A DNA stretch of 64,000 nt from NCBI GenBank assembly GCA_013265495.1, contig MU058452.1:248001-312000 (forward strand). The letters run 5' to 3'. The stretch comes from Vicugna vicugna. Taxonomy: Eukaryota. Both the position numbers and the translations under genes were made by a program. The notes under the pieces are model-generated. The model saw nothing but the letters and a program-made list of their open reading frames with translations, made no database searches and had not been told where the DNA came from. Position 1 is the first letter of the stretch, and each line of letters opens with the position of its first letter. Shown one piece after another: positions 12,429 through 25,564 of the stretch.

Positions 12429-13904
12429 ATGTAGGCTCACTGAGGCTCAGTGAGACTTAGAACATTGCTAATTCTGCTTGTGAGTGAAGGCGATCACTGA
12501 CATGTTCTCACAGAGGACAGTTTTCAGATTTTGAAGAGACCTGTTGGGATAAACACATTCAAGATAATAGCGTCGGGGCAGAACAAAAGCCACATCATTG
12601 TAAAAATGCCTTCAACCTGAAACATTCTGATGGAACTATGCATGAACAATGGACACAAACTACCTAATGTGGTATGTAAAGATAGCAATAACCCTTAATG
12701 GCGACTGTAAAATGAAGCATTACGTTAGCCAGCAGAAAGGAAAAGGCAAATTGATTCCCTTTTTGTTTAGATGTAAGTGCTTATCAAGGTTAGTAGGTAT
12801 TCAAGGTCTGTGACACCAGAATAATTTGTTTTATTATAATAGATGGAAGAGGAGAGCGCTCGGGGCTTTCTGAGTGACTCAGATGGCCAGATACAATTCT
12901 ACAGCCTGGGCTCTTAATAATCTCATTTCAACACATCTCGTACCCTATCTGAGAGGAGAAGGGAGGTTCAGAACTGAAACCTTTTCAAAAAGTGAGATGA
13001 CAGAATTAATAGTTATAATGGACCGTAGCTAGTCACATTTTGTTCCTTGGTGGGATTATGGAATTGAAACTTGCATTCTGACTGGAACGGTTTTAGAGTT
13101 GCCTATTAGACGAAAGCTTTCCAAGCTCATTATCTCATGTTCCTGGACACCGGCAAGATGTTCCCTGTTGACTCTTTCCAATCACAGGAACTCATTGGAC
13201 GGCAGAGATTACGATGTATGTGAGTCAGCTTGGCTGAAACACTAACCACGCCCAACCCAACCACCAGGTCTCTGTCTCTCTACTAAATCTAAATTCTCTA
13301 GGACCCTTTTATTCTGATCTCATCACTAACAACTTAATCTTTGGATGCTGTCACATAGTGACATCTATTGTTCAATAAAACAATTTTCGCCAATGCCTTA
13401 ATGTATCTCTACCCAGATGGTAGCTCAGGAAGAGGGAAGGCGAGAGGACAGAAGGAATCAGCCTGATGGGCAAACCTTTTTATTTGAAATAGTGAGCCAC
13501 AATGTGAGCTAGTGAATCTCTCCCCTGAGTACAAGTTATCTCTAATGACAAGGTTAATTTCTGGAGATCTTGGCAACAGTAAATATGGCTGCCCAGAATT
13601 TCCCTTCAGCTGTTGAGTGGAGGCAAAATGCAACTGGTCATTCTTAAACAGATTTATGAAACAGGTAAAGCCAGTTCCATATAAGTGAACTTAAACCCAG
13701 AAATGGCTACATCTCTCTAATTCTTAAGTAGGACTTTGGTATTTCAATCTGCCTTCTAGTAAGTTACCGAGTGATCTCTTAATGAAAAAATTGAAACTTT
13801 TTTTCCAGTGGGTTGTTGAATGATGGAAGTAACTAGTTAGTTACTACTTGGAGGGACTGGATGAGTGCAGTATCTGGAATATTTTTTTGGGGGGGGAATA
13901 GATC

Positions 13905-14390
13905 TAGTGTGTCAAGGGAAAATCATCCAATAGGTTTACACTAAAAGAACGATAAAACATTAAAAATGAAATCAACTGCCATCGTAGTTTCTTTGGCAGA
14001 TCAGCAGAAAATATGAGCTAGCTTATTTGCAAAAGGATATTCATTGGAAGGATACCCCAAGTCGTCATGGCAGGGCTGAATCCAGTGGCCTCAGAAAGTG
14101 TGGAAACATCAATATTGAGGTTCTAGGACCTCAAATCGCAGTTGCTCTGGCCCTTCCTTCTTGAGATCTACCACTGGTTAACCCAGTTCCCAGGGATTCT
14201 CTGTTATAGTGAAGGAACACACGTAAGTAAGAACTTGCTTGGCCCAACTTGGGCCAGGGTTCTGGTAATGCTGAGTATGGTGGTCAGGGAAGCAGGGTTG
14301 TAAAACTCACACACGACCACTGAGGGGCCTTCTGTGGAGTGAGGAGAGGGTCAGAAGAAAGGGAAAAAGTGTGAGTTGGATAGAGAACCC
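13905..14390. mobile_element. Old MaLR LTR (MLT1J/K/L-like), degenerate
   Basis: GCAAAAGGATATTCATTGGAAGGATAC and GGTCAGGGAAGCAGGGTTGTAAAACTCACACACGACCACTGAGGGG resemble old MLT1 motifs. Confidence 0.45.
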
Positions 14391-15292
14391 TTGCCCCAAA
14401 CATGTCAATTAGAATGGTAAGATAAGTCAGGCCCTTGCTTTCTGTAAATGCTGACCTCACTTAAGAGGAAGTGACCTTGAGTCTTGAATACACTCCCAAT
14501 TCCATAGCATTGTCCTTGAGCCTTCCATAAGCTGCCTTTCTTCCAGGTTTTTAGCCCTATCCCAGACCACATGGTTCAGTTTATGCAAGTGTAAGCAAAT
14601 TCACACACAGAACAAGGTCAAACATGGAACTTCTTGTAGAACAGTAGCATATCCTCCATGCCACTGCCCTTTGCTTATGCCAAGTTCCTTGACCCTCCCC
14701 TCGACCTGGATGTTGGCCTTTAGAGCACTTAGCAGGACTCAAATATCACCTCCTCCAGGAAGACCTCTATGTCTCCAGCATCGATCAGATGCTTGGCTCA
14801 CTGTGGTCTCGAACATGAAGGATAGATTTCTTTTTCAGCTTTGGATCCAAAGATGAGGAATCCATCTCTGTTTCACCTTTATAGCCTCTCCTGCATCTAC
14901 ACCAAATGTTGGCACAAGAAATGCTGTTGGAAGGAAGGGATGAAGCAAAGTCAATGTGAAAACAGGCTTGAGGACGCCGGAACATCTCTGCCTCTCCGCT
15001 GCTTCCCAGAGCAACGTGGCTGTCACCTGGACCTTCTTCTTGCAGCCTATAGGTGGCAATGAGAGGTTTCTCTCTCAAGCTTTTCTCTTCTTCAGGTCTG
15101 ATGGCAATGACAGATCCTTCAGGAGCATGCTGTGCTTGGAATGAAACCAACACAGCCGCAGTGTTGTACCCACTTCGGTCCCTATCCATCTTGACAGGAT
15201 TTTTATATGGGGATTTTATGATGAAAGGCTTCATATCGTTATCACACCTTCCCCGAGTCATCCACTCCTGGGGGAATGTTTGTCTACAATTG

Positions 15293-15335
15293 TAAAACAA
15301 CAAAAACAAAAACAAAAACAAAAAAACACACACAC
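15293..15335. repeat. (AAAAAC)n run followed by a short (AC)n
   Basis: Read directly from the sequence. Confidence 0.85.
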
Positions 15336-17834
15336 AAGAACAAGAAAACTTGCCACATATTGCTATTTCTCAATATCAGCAAACTCCATTTTTCCTGTTA
15401 ACGGCTACACAGACCGAATGCTATTTTGGGGTGTGTAATGTAAATACAATATATACATTTTATATATTTATACATTCACTTTCTCAGATTATACAATCAT
15501 GTATATAGCAACCTTTCCTGGACATAGAGGGGTAAGTCCCTCTTTATCACACACACACAAACGAAAGGAAAATTTACTGTTTTCACTCTTTTACAGATAA
15601 CCATCACTTGTATGTCAAAAGTGGGAGGGGGCATAGAATTTTAAATGAGGTAAGATAAGGGCCTTTCTAAATACTGTACATCTTTCATCCTTTTCACCGC
15701 ATGCATTTTGCTAAATCTGCCCTCAACAATCAAGGGCAGTGGGCTAATTTGCCTAACTTGGAATTAGGGAGAATGTGACTTGATTTTCAACTTCTCTCAG
15801 AGTAACAGGGGAAGGGCCATCTGTTAGGATTAACCCAGTGTGTAAATCCCTTTCGACTCATCTTCTCTGACAACGGGGAGTGGAGGAGTAACTGGTCGAC
15901 CGCGGCATTGTCTGGGTTCACAGTGAGAAATATACTTACCCTCCGAGAAGTCCATCAGTTAATATTAACAAGGAGAAAGAGAAAGAACAACTTGGCAGGA
16001 AGCTCTGAATTTCCTCCCCACCCCCCAAACTCGAGTCAAGAGATCATCAAGGAAGGAGTCTGGCTGTAAAGTACACGTCTCTTCCTCTGATGAGAGTGAC
16101 AACCCGGGGTGACTGGAATCAGAGGGCAGCCTGCCCTCCTTTGGCAAACAAACACCCACTCTGGTAAGTGCCTTTTAATGTGCATCCAGTCTGTGCAGAG
16201 GAGAAGGATGCACAGTTGGCAAGTACAGAGCTGTAAGGGGATCGCTTTGACATGCTGATAAAGCTTCTTGGTTTACTTTGGACTTGGCTTTATCATTTAC
16301 TGAAGGATATTATTAGTGTGGAGATGAGAGCCGTTTTTCTGACTTCTCGAACAAAAGCCAGTGAAATGTATATGAACAAAAGGTCTGTTATGGAGAATCC
16401 TACCCTGTTTGTTCAGTGACTTTGGGATCCTAATCGGACAACTGAACAGAGATAAGACCTGGAGCAGAGGGAAAAAGAGCCCACCCAGTTTGGGGCCCCT
16501 GGGAAGAAAAATGAAAGTCAGTCCTGTTAAAAATGGAAGCTCATCCAACTCTGAGCATGTGTGTCGTTCTCCCTTATTGCAAATATGATATTATAAAAAT
16601 AGATTTGCTCTTTGGAGCCAGATGGCACGCAATACGTCTGAAGTTAAATCCAGCCTTCTGACAGTGGTCATCGCCAGCAAGGAACCACTTGGACTGTGAT
16701 GCCAAACTCTTCAGTTTTTTGTGAGTCCTTTTCATCAAGCAAGCACTTCTGATCTAACCTCTTTGAGTGTCAAGAAACATACATGCCCCTTAACGGCAAT
16801 GTGACCATGGTTTTGGTGGTGGAACTTCAATGTTTGTTTTGTGTGTGTGTTTTGTCTTCCTCATTCTTGTTTGAAAAAAAGTCAAAGAACACATAAATTA
16901 TAACCTTGGATACTGACCACCAATAACGGGGCTGCACAACATGATTTTACTGCTCATTTTCCAATGATTTCATTGATTGATTGATTATTGATTGACGAGA
17001 CATCCATTCATTCAGCAAAGTCTTCAATCCCATACAAGCCAGACGGTGGAAGCTCAAGACTGTTGGGTTCATCAAGACACAAATTTTAAAATCCATGTCG
17101 TCTTGGAAAACTCTTTACTGTTTTCTCAGCAATAGCTTCTATGGCTTATATTGGAGAGAACCCTCCTACTGGTACTTAAAAACATCATTTACGGAAATGA
17201 CTTATAAACTGTAAAACACTATGCAAAGGCTTCTTATTCTTATAACTAGAACTATGACTGGAATACTGTATAAGTTAGGTGAATGAGGATCTATTTTATG
17301 CTCAGAAATGTGTGAGGAGTTTTGTAGATTAAAAAGGCTAATCTGAGAGGGATTCTCTGCTCAAGAAGGTGGAAGTCTATGAGAAGAAAATAATTTAGTC
17401 AAGGAGAAGACACAAATTTAGCCGTAGAGTTTTCTAAAACTTTTCTATAAAGTAATTTATTTGCCAGACAAAGCCATGTACATTGTGATTTTCTGTGACC
17501 CTTCATCAGATTTTGCAAATCATTCATGTGCAAAAATACCTCTTATTTTAAGATATGCCTGCTCTAAGCATAATAAATTATTCACTTTTATTTAAAAAGC
17601 AATATTCTGCTTGTTAAGTAATTTCCTAATTCCATGGCATTTTGGAAACTTCATGATGGACACTGAATCCAGGCTACATTTTTTTTCCCTGTATTTTTCT
17701 AGAAACCCGAATGATTTTCAAATAATAGTTCAAATTTTTTTGTTGTTGTTAACAGCAAATATTCAATTGTGAAGATGAATTTTCCAAATGCAGGCTTGTC
17801 AAAGAAAAGGGTACTTAAACATTGGTTGGCTATT

Positions 17835-17955
17835 CTAATTATGTGATTTAAGAAAGTAACTTAACCTTTGGAAATTCAGTTTTCTGATGGGTAAATGGGA
17901 TAATAATGCCCCTATGTTAAAGATGAAACATAAAAATATATGTAGAGCACCTGTA
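17835..17955 (+). mobile_element. MIR fragment
   Basis: AAGTAACTTAACCTTTGGAAATTCAGTTTCTGATGGGTAAATGGGATAATAATG...ATATGTAGAGCAC. Confidence 0.75.
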
Positions 17956-19108
17956 GTAATTAGATGCAGCTTAGGTTTTGATTAAAAAAAAAAGACCCTG
18001 AAAAACGGATCGTTAGTGATTTTCCATCCTCGGTGGCACATTCTACGGTAAAGGGGGCCATATCAGCCTTGAAGATGTGGAAATTTAACAGGTGGGGTGT
18101 ATACCTGTGCACGCAGAAGTGCTGACATGGGTGTGAGTGTGTAAAGCGATTCATTCCACCAGGCAGGAGGGGGCAGGACCTGCTGGAGGATTCTCGAAGG
18201 ATGTCTTTATCCCGGAGGGATTTTATGAACCAGGAATTGCCACTGCTATTTCAGGGCAGGGAACGCATCCATCAAGCCAGGGTCAGCGGGGTGGCGGTGG
18301 TGAGCTCTCGTTTCCCCAAGAGGCCATGAGACTTCCCGGCTCTGAGTAGGTGCTACAGATGGCGCTGCAGGTAAGTGTCAGATGGGGAACCAGCATGCGT
18401 CCTTGTCACCTTCCCCTCCCCAGAAGCCACTTCCCTGAGTTGCTCGACGCTGCCAGCCGAGGCTCAGGTGCCTGGCTCTCTGCCCTGCTCCTGGAGTCCT
18501 CTTTGACAGGGCAGCTTGTGCACCCCGCCCTGCGATGTCTGAGGAATCACAGGCGACAGAAGCCCTTGGAAGTGCCACCAAACGGGGATTCTCGTCTTGA
18601 CTCTCATTTACATCTCTCCTCTCTTCTGCTTCCCTTGGAGCTCAAGGGTTGCAAAGTGTCATCCTATGAGATCTTAGGCAGGTGTTGGACCCAAAGCCAG
18701 TGGAGCCCTGCGCAGTCACCTAATGTCCCCAGCACAGTCAAGGGAAGATGCACCCGTCTTAGGGGAGTTTGGTTGTACTGATATTGAATTGGAGGAGACA
18801 CTGAATTGAGAATGTCCAGGTAGTTTAAACAGCACTGACAGAACGAGGGGCAAGGTCAAGTCTACAGGTGTAAAGAGAATCTCTCTGAGGTTCAGAGAGT
18901 TCTGAATTACTTCCAATTATTTTTTGGCACAATTGGCCTAATAAAAAATAAGACAAGTTTAGAAACTTTATGGCATATTTAACCCTGTTTACATTTATCA
19001 AAATAATACTTTCAGTAAACACAGCCCAACTATCTTTTGTAAAAAAAAAATGAAGATGAAGTTCCTGAGATAAATGTAAGCATGGAGGGTTAAGTAATGG
19101 GGCATATG

Positions 19109-19231
19109 AAGGGTGACCCTTCCTCTCACTGTGCCTGGGACAGTCCGGGTGTAAACCCGTGGTCTCAGCGTAATTATTAATGGCATTCAAAGAGTCTTCC
19201 AGTTTGGATGATAAATTGTTTGGTCAACTTA
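19109..19231. mobile_element. MER94-type non-autonomous hAT-Blackjack DNA transposon
   Basis: Degenerate TIRs AGGGTGACC...GGTCAACTTA. Internal GCCTGGGACAGTCC, GCGTAATTATTAAT and CCAGTTTGGATGATAAATT. Degenerate 8-bp TSD GGCATATG (19101-19108) / GCAATATG (19232-19239). Confidence 0.82.
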
Positions 19232-19824
19232 GCAATATGTTTAAACCTCTTTGCTGAATGTCTTCGGTCCATGGTCCCCAAGTGGCTCGATAACTGTGTA
19301 AAGTCTGTTTATGGAAATATCAAAATTCTCAGTTGGAGGACTTCTGGGAATAATAGGCTTTGGAAATGAATATGGGAGTCATAGAGGGGACCAGAATTGA
19401 GGTGGTGAACGGATGCAAGGTCCTGGACCAGCCTCTTTCTAGGGATGGGTGATGAGATCGCATTTGCCCTACATCTGTTTTGGATTTGGGACTTTTCCAT
19501 AGAACAACCCCTTATACCATCTCAGGGGATCCTTTGACCCCACTCTGATGTTGGCAGTACTTGTAATATTACTTCTGGTTTACCTTTGATGGAAAAAAAA
19601 ATCAGAGGAATGTGAATTAAGCAGGTACTTCAACCATCAGAGGAAGAACAGGGTCCAGACCAAAAGAATCCTTCAGACTTGAATGCAGAGCGTTTCCCTA
19701 CTGCTGTGCATGAAGGGAACGTTATCCGATGGATGCTTAGTTTGTTCAGGTCATTAATGGTTGGAGAACGTTGTGATCTCCAATGTCCCACGTGACAACT
19801 GACCGTCCCAGTGACGCACTTGAA

Positions 19825-20030
19825 CTGCTGGGTCCTGTGGAACCGGGTTTCCGTACAGGTCGTGCCATTTCTTACGGTCCCAGGCAACTCAGCTCTCTGA
19901 ACCTTTTTTTCCCCCCATCACTTGCATCCTGCGGAAGGATAATAATTCCTACTTCAGTGGTCTGGCTGTATCCAAGGAGATTTGTGTAACGTGCCTCAGG
20001 CATATTACGCAGGTGGCACCGAACAATCCA
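19825..20030 (+). mobile_element. MIR (degenerate, relatively CpG-rich)
   Basis: GGCAACTCAGCTCTCTGAACCT...GGATAATAATTCCTACTTCA follows the order of the MIR consensus. Confidence 0.55.
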
Positions 20031-22833
20031 TTTCTCCTTTAAAGTCTGTGTAAAATACTTACGTTTTTAGTACCTCTTTGAAGTTCGAGTTGCGATTTCT
20101 AGGACAGAGACAAGACACTTGAGGGTATTTCACGTTTTTGTGAGTTAAGCCCCATCTAACCTTCGGGACCCAGTTAAATCAGCAGCTGAATTTGCCGGCA
20201 GGTAATAATGCCTGGGTCCCATCGCTGCTCCGTATAAACACCGAATCAATCTGAAATTCTCTACCCCTGGAAAGAAATTTTAATATTTAAAGGTAATTTG
20301 ACCTGTACATGGGTATACCATGAATATTTAATGAAACCGATGGCAAATGTATTTATATAGCATTAATCTGAGGATATTTATTTCTTATTCGTTTTCTAGG
20401 ATATTATTTCCTCAGCAAGTGTGAAGTTGCCCTCTATAAAAATGCTCAGCCCTAAAGGTGAGCTTAAAAACTGGACAGTGAAGCTGTTCTCTTTCCTGTT
20501 AAAACGGTAGTCACTGCCAATGCCTTCTTAAAAAAGAAGAGCCATTTTAAGAAGGCAAGTTGTGTCCCATAGACATTATAGCTATAGGGTTATTCCCAAG
20601 TACCACTTTTTTGATTCTTCTTTCTATTGTATACGTTTGCAAATACAGACAGCAGAGTCCAACTTTTTTCTGCTTTCCTTTCATATAGATCATTCCGCTT
20701 CTTTATAATGTTTCAACTTGCCAATGCTTTAAATTAAACAGATAGGCATGATTCAACTTAGTTGATACAATGCCCATTTGAGACATTTTTTAAAAATTTA
20801 TTTTTTGGATTGGCTAGGCTACCCACGTGGAATGAAGATGTTTTTCTCTGATGCAGCTTCAACTTTGGGATTAAAAAAAGGCAAACACGAACAAACAAAT
20901 AACAACAATTTAAAAAAACTCCACAAGTGTAAGATGCTGTGTCCAGATGCAATTTTTTTTTAATGTTTTCATTAAATCAGATGTGGTAGATTTGGGGAGG
21001 AAAAAAAACGTAATTTGTGTTCTGGTTATTTTTATAACCAAAAAACCTCAACATATTTGAGAAGAAAAAAATTACAGCAAAGTGGGTGGCAACTCCTTTC
21101 TTATCCCCCTGGGTAACTGTGTGCGTTGGAAAAAGCAGTTTTGTCCACAGGTCAAGGGTGCTGGCCAGGACCATGCTTCCAAAGAAGGTCATCCCAGCCG
21201 GGTAAGTCAGGACTGCAAATTCTTTCCATGTCTTGATTGTTTCTATTTTATAAATAATCATGTTCTTCCTTAAAATGTCACTTTTGTAAGGAAAACAAAA
21301 CAATATTTATCATCAGCATACTCTTAACATGTCAGTTAACAACATGCTGTGTTTTGCTATTTCATAGAAGAAAAATTAAACTTAAGATAGAAGCTTCAAC
21401 CACTTGAACAATTTAAAAGCACAGAATTCCAAAGGAACTTTTTTTCAAAGACTGCATGTTTAAAAGTTGTAGCCCAGAGGAATTGATAATGTTCATGCTA
21501 GAAGAAATGCGTGTAGTTAACATGGAAATTTGGTTCCCACGTGACTTCATTATAATCCTTCCCAAGTTCTGCCCTGACTTTCCTTGACCTTCAGGATCCA
21601 ATGGCTCTTAACCACTATGCTTGGGGATGCATTGCCTGATGTTTAAGTGTTTTAAAACCTCCTGTCTTTGATTTCTGCCTTTTATTTGTTTTTTTTTTAA
21701 TACATTATGTTGTGACTGCATTATTTGCCATAGTCCATACACTTACAATTCCAGAGATAAAGGGAATATTCATTTTAGATTAAGATGGCAACTGAGTTAA
21801 AACATGCCTATCCCAAATTTTGAGGGCTACTTGTAGTTTTAAATTTTGCCCCCAAAGAACACTTGAAAACTATTTCTTTCAAAAATGTTATTCCCGAAGT
21901 GAGAAATATTAGCAAGAATTCAAAAAAGATTTGGAAAAAAATTATTTTTAGAAATAATTGTCTGCTTTGTGCTGTACCCAATGACTAACTTAAATACTCT
22001 ATTAAGCTGAAAAATAAGTAGATATTATCTATGTAACTTCATAGTACATATATAGAAATCTTTTAAAATAGCATTTTCACTTAAATATTAACTTACTTCT
22101 TTCAAATTTTAAAAAGATTGTCCAAATTATGGGGATATTATCGGCACATAGAGAATTGCTAAACCAAACTGAGTTATTAAAATGTCTATGGAGTTCTGCT
22201 CTAAATTTATTATTCTTTTTGAATATAAGAATTTTAATTGAGAGTTCATAAGAAAAAAGCTTTAAATCTGAACTTAATTGACTTAGACTGTATGGTTTTT
22301 TCTGACAAAAATAATTTAAAAATAAATAGAAAGTAAAAATAAAAAAATAGAAAGTAATTGGGCCTTCTAAAAGTACCTTTGCTATTTCCTGCAATGTAGT
22401 TTTCTTTTGAGTGATGGTGGAGCTGTTCGGCTGTGTCACTGAACTTGAATAGCAAGAAAAGTGAATGAGTAGATAAATCAGACTTAAAAACAAAGTGTTT
22501 TAGCTATTGGCAGATGTCAAGACAACCTGAGACTTACTGATTGCTAAGTGCATACCTGCCATCCTTATCTGTCTCCAGCACAGTTGACAAAACAAGGTAG
22601 GCTTGATGTCAAAACAGATGGGGAAGGAAGAAAGCAAGACAGAAACTCGGGCAGAATTAAGAAGTCTTGCTTTTTCATTTCAAGTTTCTTTTCTTTTTTC
22701 TTTTTTTTTAATTCTAAATTATCTCCTAAACAAACAGTTATGTGAACCCAAAATAAAGCATTTACTAAACCACAGAAAATTAATCAGAAAGCATTCTGCC
22801 CCACTAGATACAACAATTTGGTAGATAAATCCT

Positions 22834-24074
22834 ATTCCCAGTTTTATTATCATTGACACATAATATTATACAAGTTTCAGATGTACAACATAATGATTTG
22901 ATATATGAATAATTGCAAAATGATCACTACAGTAAATTTAGTTAACATCCAACTCTCCACATAGTTACAGATTTTTTTCCCTTGTGATGAGAACTTTTAA
23001 GACCTACTCCCGTAGCAACTTCCAAGTGTACATATCAGCATCGTGATCTGTAGTCACCAACTAGACATGACATCCTCAGGACTTACAACTGGAAGTTTGA
23101 TCACCTTCATCCGATTACCCCACCCGCTTCTCCCTGCCTCTGGTAACAACAAATTGGCTCTTGGATTCCATGAGTTTCTGTTTTTGTTTATTTGTTTGTT
23201 TTTAGATTTTGCTTAGAAGTGACGTCCTACAGTATTTGTGTTTCTCCACCTGACTTATTTCACTTAGCATGAGCCCCTCAAGGTCCATCCATGTTGTCAC
23301 AAATGGCAGGATTTCCATATCTATATCTATATCTATATGCATTTGATTAATCAGTTCATTTTTTGGATAGACACAGGTTGTTTCTACGTCTTGACTATTG
23401 TAAATAACGCTGCAATAAACCTAGGGTTGCAGATATTTTTGGGGATAGTAATTTTATTTTCTATCCCCAAAGTGAGGTTGTTGGATCATATGGTAGTTCT
23501 ATTTTTAATTTCTTCTGGAACCTCCACAATGTTTTCCGTAGTGGCTGTGCCAATTTATAGTCTCACCAACAGTGCACAAGGGTTCCCTTTTCTTCACCTC
23601 CTTGTAACACTTGTTATCTCTTGTCTTTTTGTTGATAGCTGTGGTAACAGGTCGCATCTCATTGTGGTTTTCATTTGCATTTCCCTGATAACTAGTGAAG
23701 CTGAGCACGTTTTTGTGTACCTGTTGTCCATCTGAATATCTTGTTTGGAAAAATGTCTATGCAGGTCCTTTGCCCTCTTTTTATTTGCATTATTATTGTT
23801 ATTATTTTTTTGCTACTGAGTTGCATGAGTTCTTTGTATATTTTGGATTTTTACAGCTTATCTGATGTGTGGTTTGCAAATATTCTCTCCCATTGTGTAG
23901 GTTGCCTTTCCATTTTGTCGATGACTTCTTTTGCTGTGCAGAAGCTTTTTAGCTTGATATAGTCCCACTTGTTTTCTGTTTTATTTTGTTACTTATACTT
24001 TATGTGTCAGATCCCAAAAAACCATTGCCAAGATGCGTGTCACAGAGATTTTTCCCTGTATTACTCCTCCGTGG
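22834..24074 (-). mobile_element. LINE-1 of intermediate age (L1MA-like): 3' UTR and ORF2 3' part
   Basis: Antisense L1 hallmarks TGACTTATTTCACTTAGCAT, GTCCATCCATGTTGTCACAAATGGCAGGATTTC, CTCATTGTGGTTTTCATTTGCATTTCCCTGAT and CTTTTGCTGTGCAGAAGCTTTTTAG. Confidence 0.95.
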
Positions 24075-24316
24075 TTCTTCCTTTCTTTTCTTTCTTTTCT
24101 TTTCTTTCTTTCTTTCTTTCTTCTTTCTTTGTTTCTTTTTTTCTTTTTTTCTTTCTTTCTTTCTTTCTTTCTTTTTTTTTGCTAAAAAAAATTCTTTCTT
24201 TCTTTCTTTTCTTTCTTTTCTTTCTTTCTTTCTTCTCTTTCTTTTTTCTTTTCTTTCTTTCTTTTCTTCTCTTTCTTTTCTTTCTTTCTTTCTTCTGTTT
24301 CTTTTCTTTTTTCTTT

Positions 24317-24359
<43 letters not shown>

Positions 24360-24470
24360 CTTTCTTTCTTTCTTTCCTTCTTTCTGTCTGTCTTTCTCTC
24401 TCTCTTTCTGCCTTCCTTTCTTCCTTTCTCTCTTTTTCTCTCTTTCTTTCTCTTTTTCTTTCTTTCTTTC
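24075..24470. repeat. Complex (CTTT)n/(CT)n polypyrimidine microsatellite, about 395 bp
   Basis: Read directly. One A-run interruption at 24181-24191. Source of the F/S/L-rich and K/E/R-rich pseudo-ORFs. Confidence 0.98.
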
Positions 24471-24819
24471 AACTCTTGGGACTCATTATACTTTGGGGTT
24501 CCATCATCCTTGGTCTATTTAAGAGCACCATCCTTGGTATTCTCTTTTCTCGTGGTTTTTATGATAATCTATAGGCTATTTATGCTATTTCTATCCAATC
24601 CAGACTCACAGACTCAGTCGTACAATAAAGATTTTCTTGTTTTGATGAGTAGTTTATATTCACCTAATCAAGCTAGAAAACTGAGAATCAAGTTAATTTT
24701 TCTTGAATCTAAACCCTTCTCTCAGTGCCTATGTCTTACATAGGTTTTTCAGTTTCTAACTTACTTCTTTAAATACTTTCATCATAGAGAAACTGAAATG
24801 AACTAATTTAAATACAAAT

Positions 24820-24955
24820 CTATATCTCTCTCCACCTGAAAGTACTAACCACTCCCCATCACTCTTTGGATAAAGTACACATTCCTTCAAAGGATATCCA
24901 AGGCCTTTCTGTGATCTGATCCATCCCCACCTCTCCAGTCACCTCTCTCCATTTC
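24820..24955 (+). mobile_element. L2 fragment
   Basis: GGATAAAGTACACATTCCTTC...CCAAGGCCTTTCTGTGATCTGATCCATCCCCACCTCTCCAG. Confidence 0.65.
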
Positions 24956-24961
24956 CTGCTT

Positions 24962-25560
24962 TCTTCATTCATTCAATAATGTTTACGGATGTGGTAATCA
25001 TATAAACAGGAAACTGTTTCCTATGTGGTACTGTGAGCAGACTGACATGATCACTCCTTCAGGAAGCTTAGACTGTGTTGGTGGAGAGACGTTTTAAATA
25101 AATCAAAGCACCAATAAAATGCAAAAATACATTATGCAGAAATCTGACCTTGCCTGGGGGGCTAGGGAAGGTTTTGCTGAGCAAATGGTAATGTGGTGTC
25201 TAAATGATGGGTAGGCATTATCCAGGAGGCAAAGAAACAGAAAAGGTGCGGGAAGAATTCAAGGCTGGGGCATGGTGTTTGCAAAGACTCTCTTGTGGGA
25301 GTGCATTATGTTGAAAAGACTAAAAGGAGACTGGTATGGCTGGACTAGAAGGAGAGGATGTGAAGACATGAGGAGGTAACATAAAGAGATGAATAAGGAC
25401 CAGACCTCTACTTTGAACTCATGGGCTCTGTTAAGAATTTGGTCCTTTACTCTGAGAATAGCAAGAAGCCATTGACATTTTTTCAGAGCTGTGAAATAGC
25501 CTGCCACGAGAATTTTGTGAAGAACTTTCTGGCAAGAGTATGGAGTAAAAACTGGAGAAG
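24962..25560 (-). mobile_element. L2 (3' end and body), interrupted by an L1
   Basis: Starts with TTCATTCATTCAATAATG, the antisense L2 terminus. Also AAGAATTTGGTCCTTTACTCTGAGAATAGCAAGAAGCCATTGA. Appears to resume at about 26225-26380. Confidence 0.75.
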
Positions 25561-25564
25561 GAAA

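Larger units (their letters stand above)
18163..21611 (+). other. Putative spliced transcript (lncRNA or micro-ORF); candidate exons 18163-18370, 20400-20457, 21151-21201 and 21595 onward
   Basis: Donors CAG|GTAAGT, AAG|GTGAGC and CGG|GTAAGT. Acceptors TTATTCGTTTTCTAG|G, GTTTTGTCCACAG|G and CTGACTTTCCTTGACCTTCAG|G. No homology recognised; based on motifs only. Confidence 0.25.

Noticed and set aside
14785..15333. 182-aa minus-strand ORF or possible retrocopy
   Set aside because: Starts in a simple repeat at a non-ATG codon, shows no recognisable domain, and I found no TSD.
18352..18367. CTCF-like CAGATGGCGCTG (also near 15045, 20007 and 27989)
   Set aside because: The 5' part of the core motif is mismatched in each; needs PWM scoring.
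18350..18781. 143-aa unspliced ORF
   Set aside because: No recognisable homology and GC-rich. It runs through a consensus donor at 18371, so only its first codons are used in the spliced model.
23969..24574. 201-aa, 178-aa and 96-aa ORFs
   Set aside because: Stop-free read-through of the (CTTT)n microsatellite.
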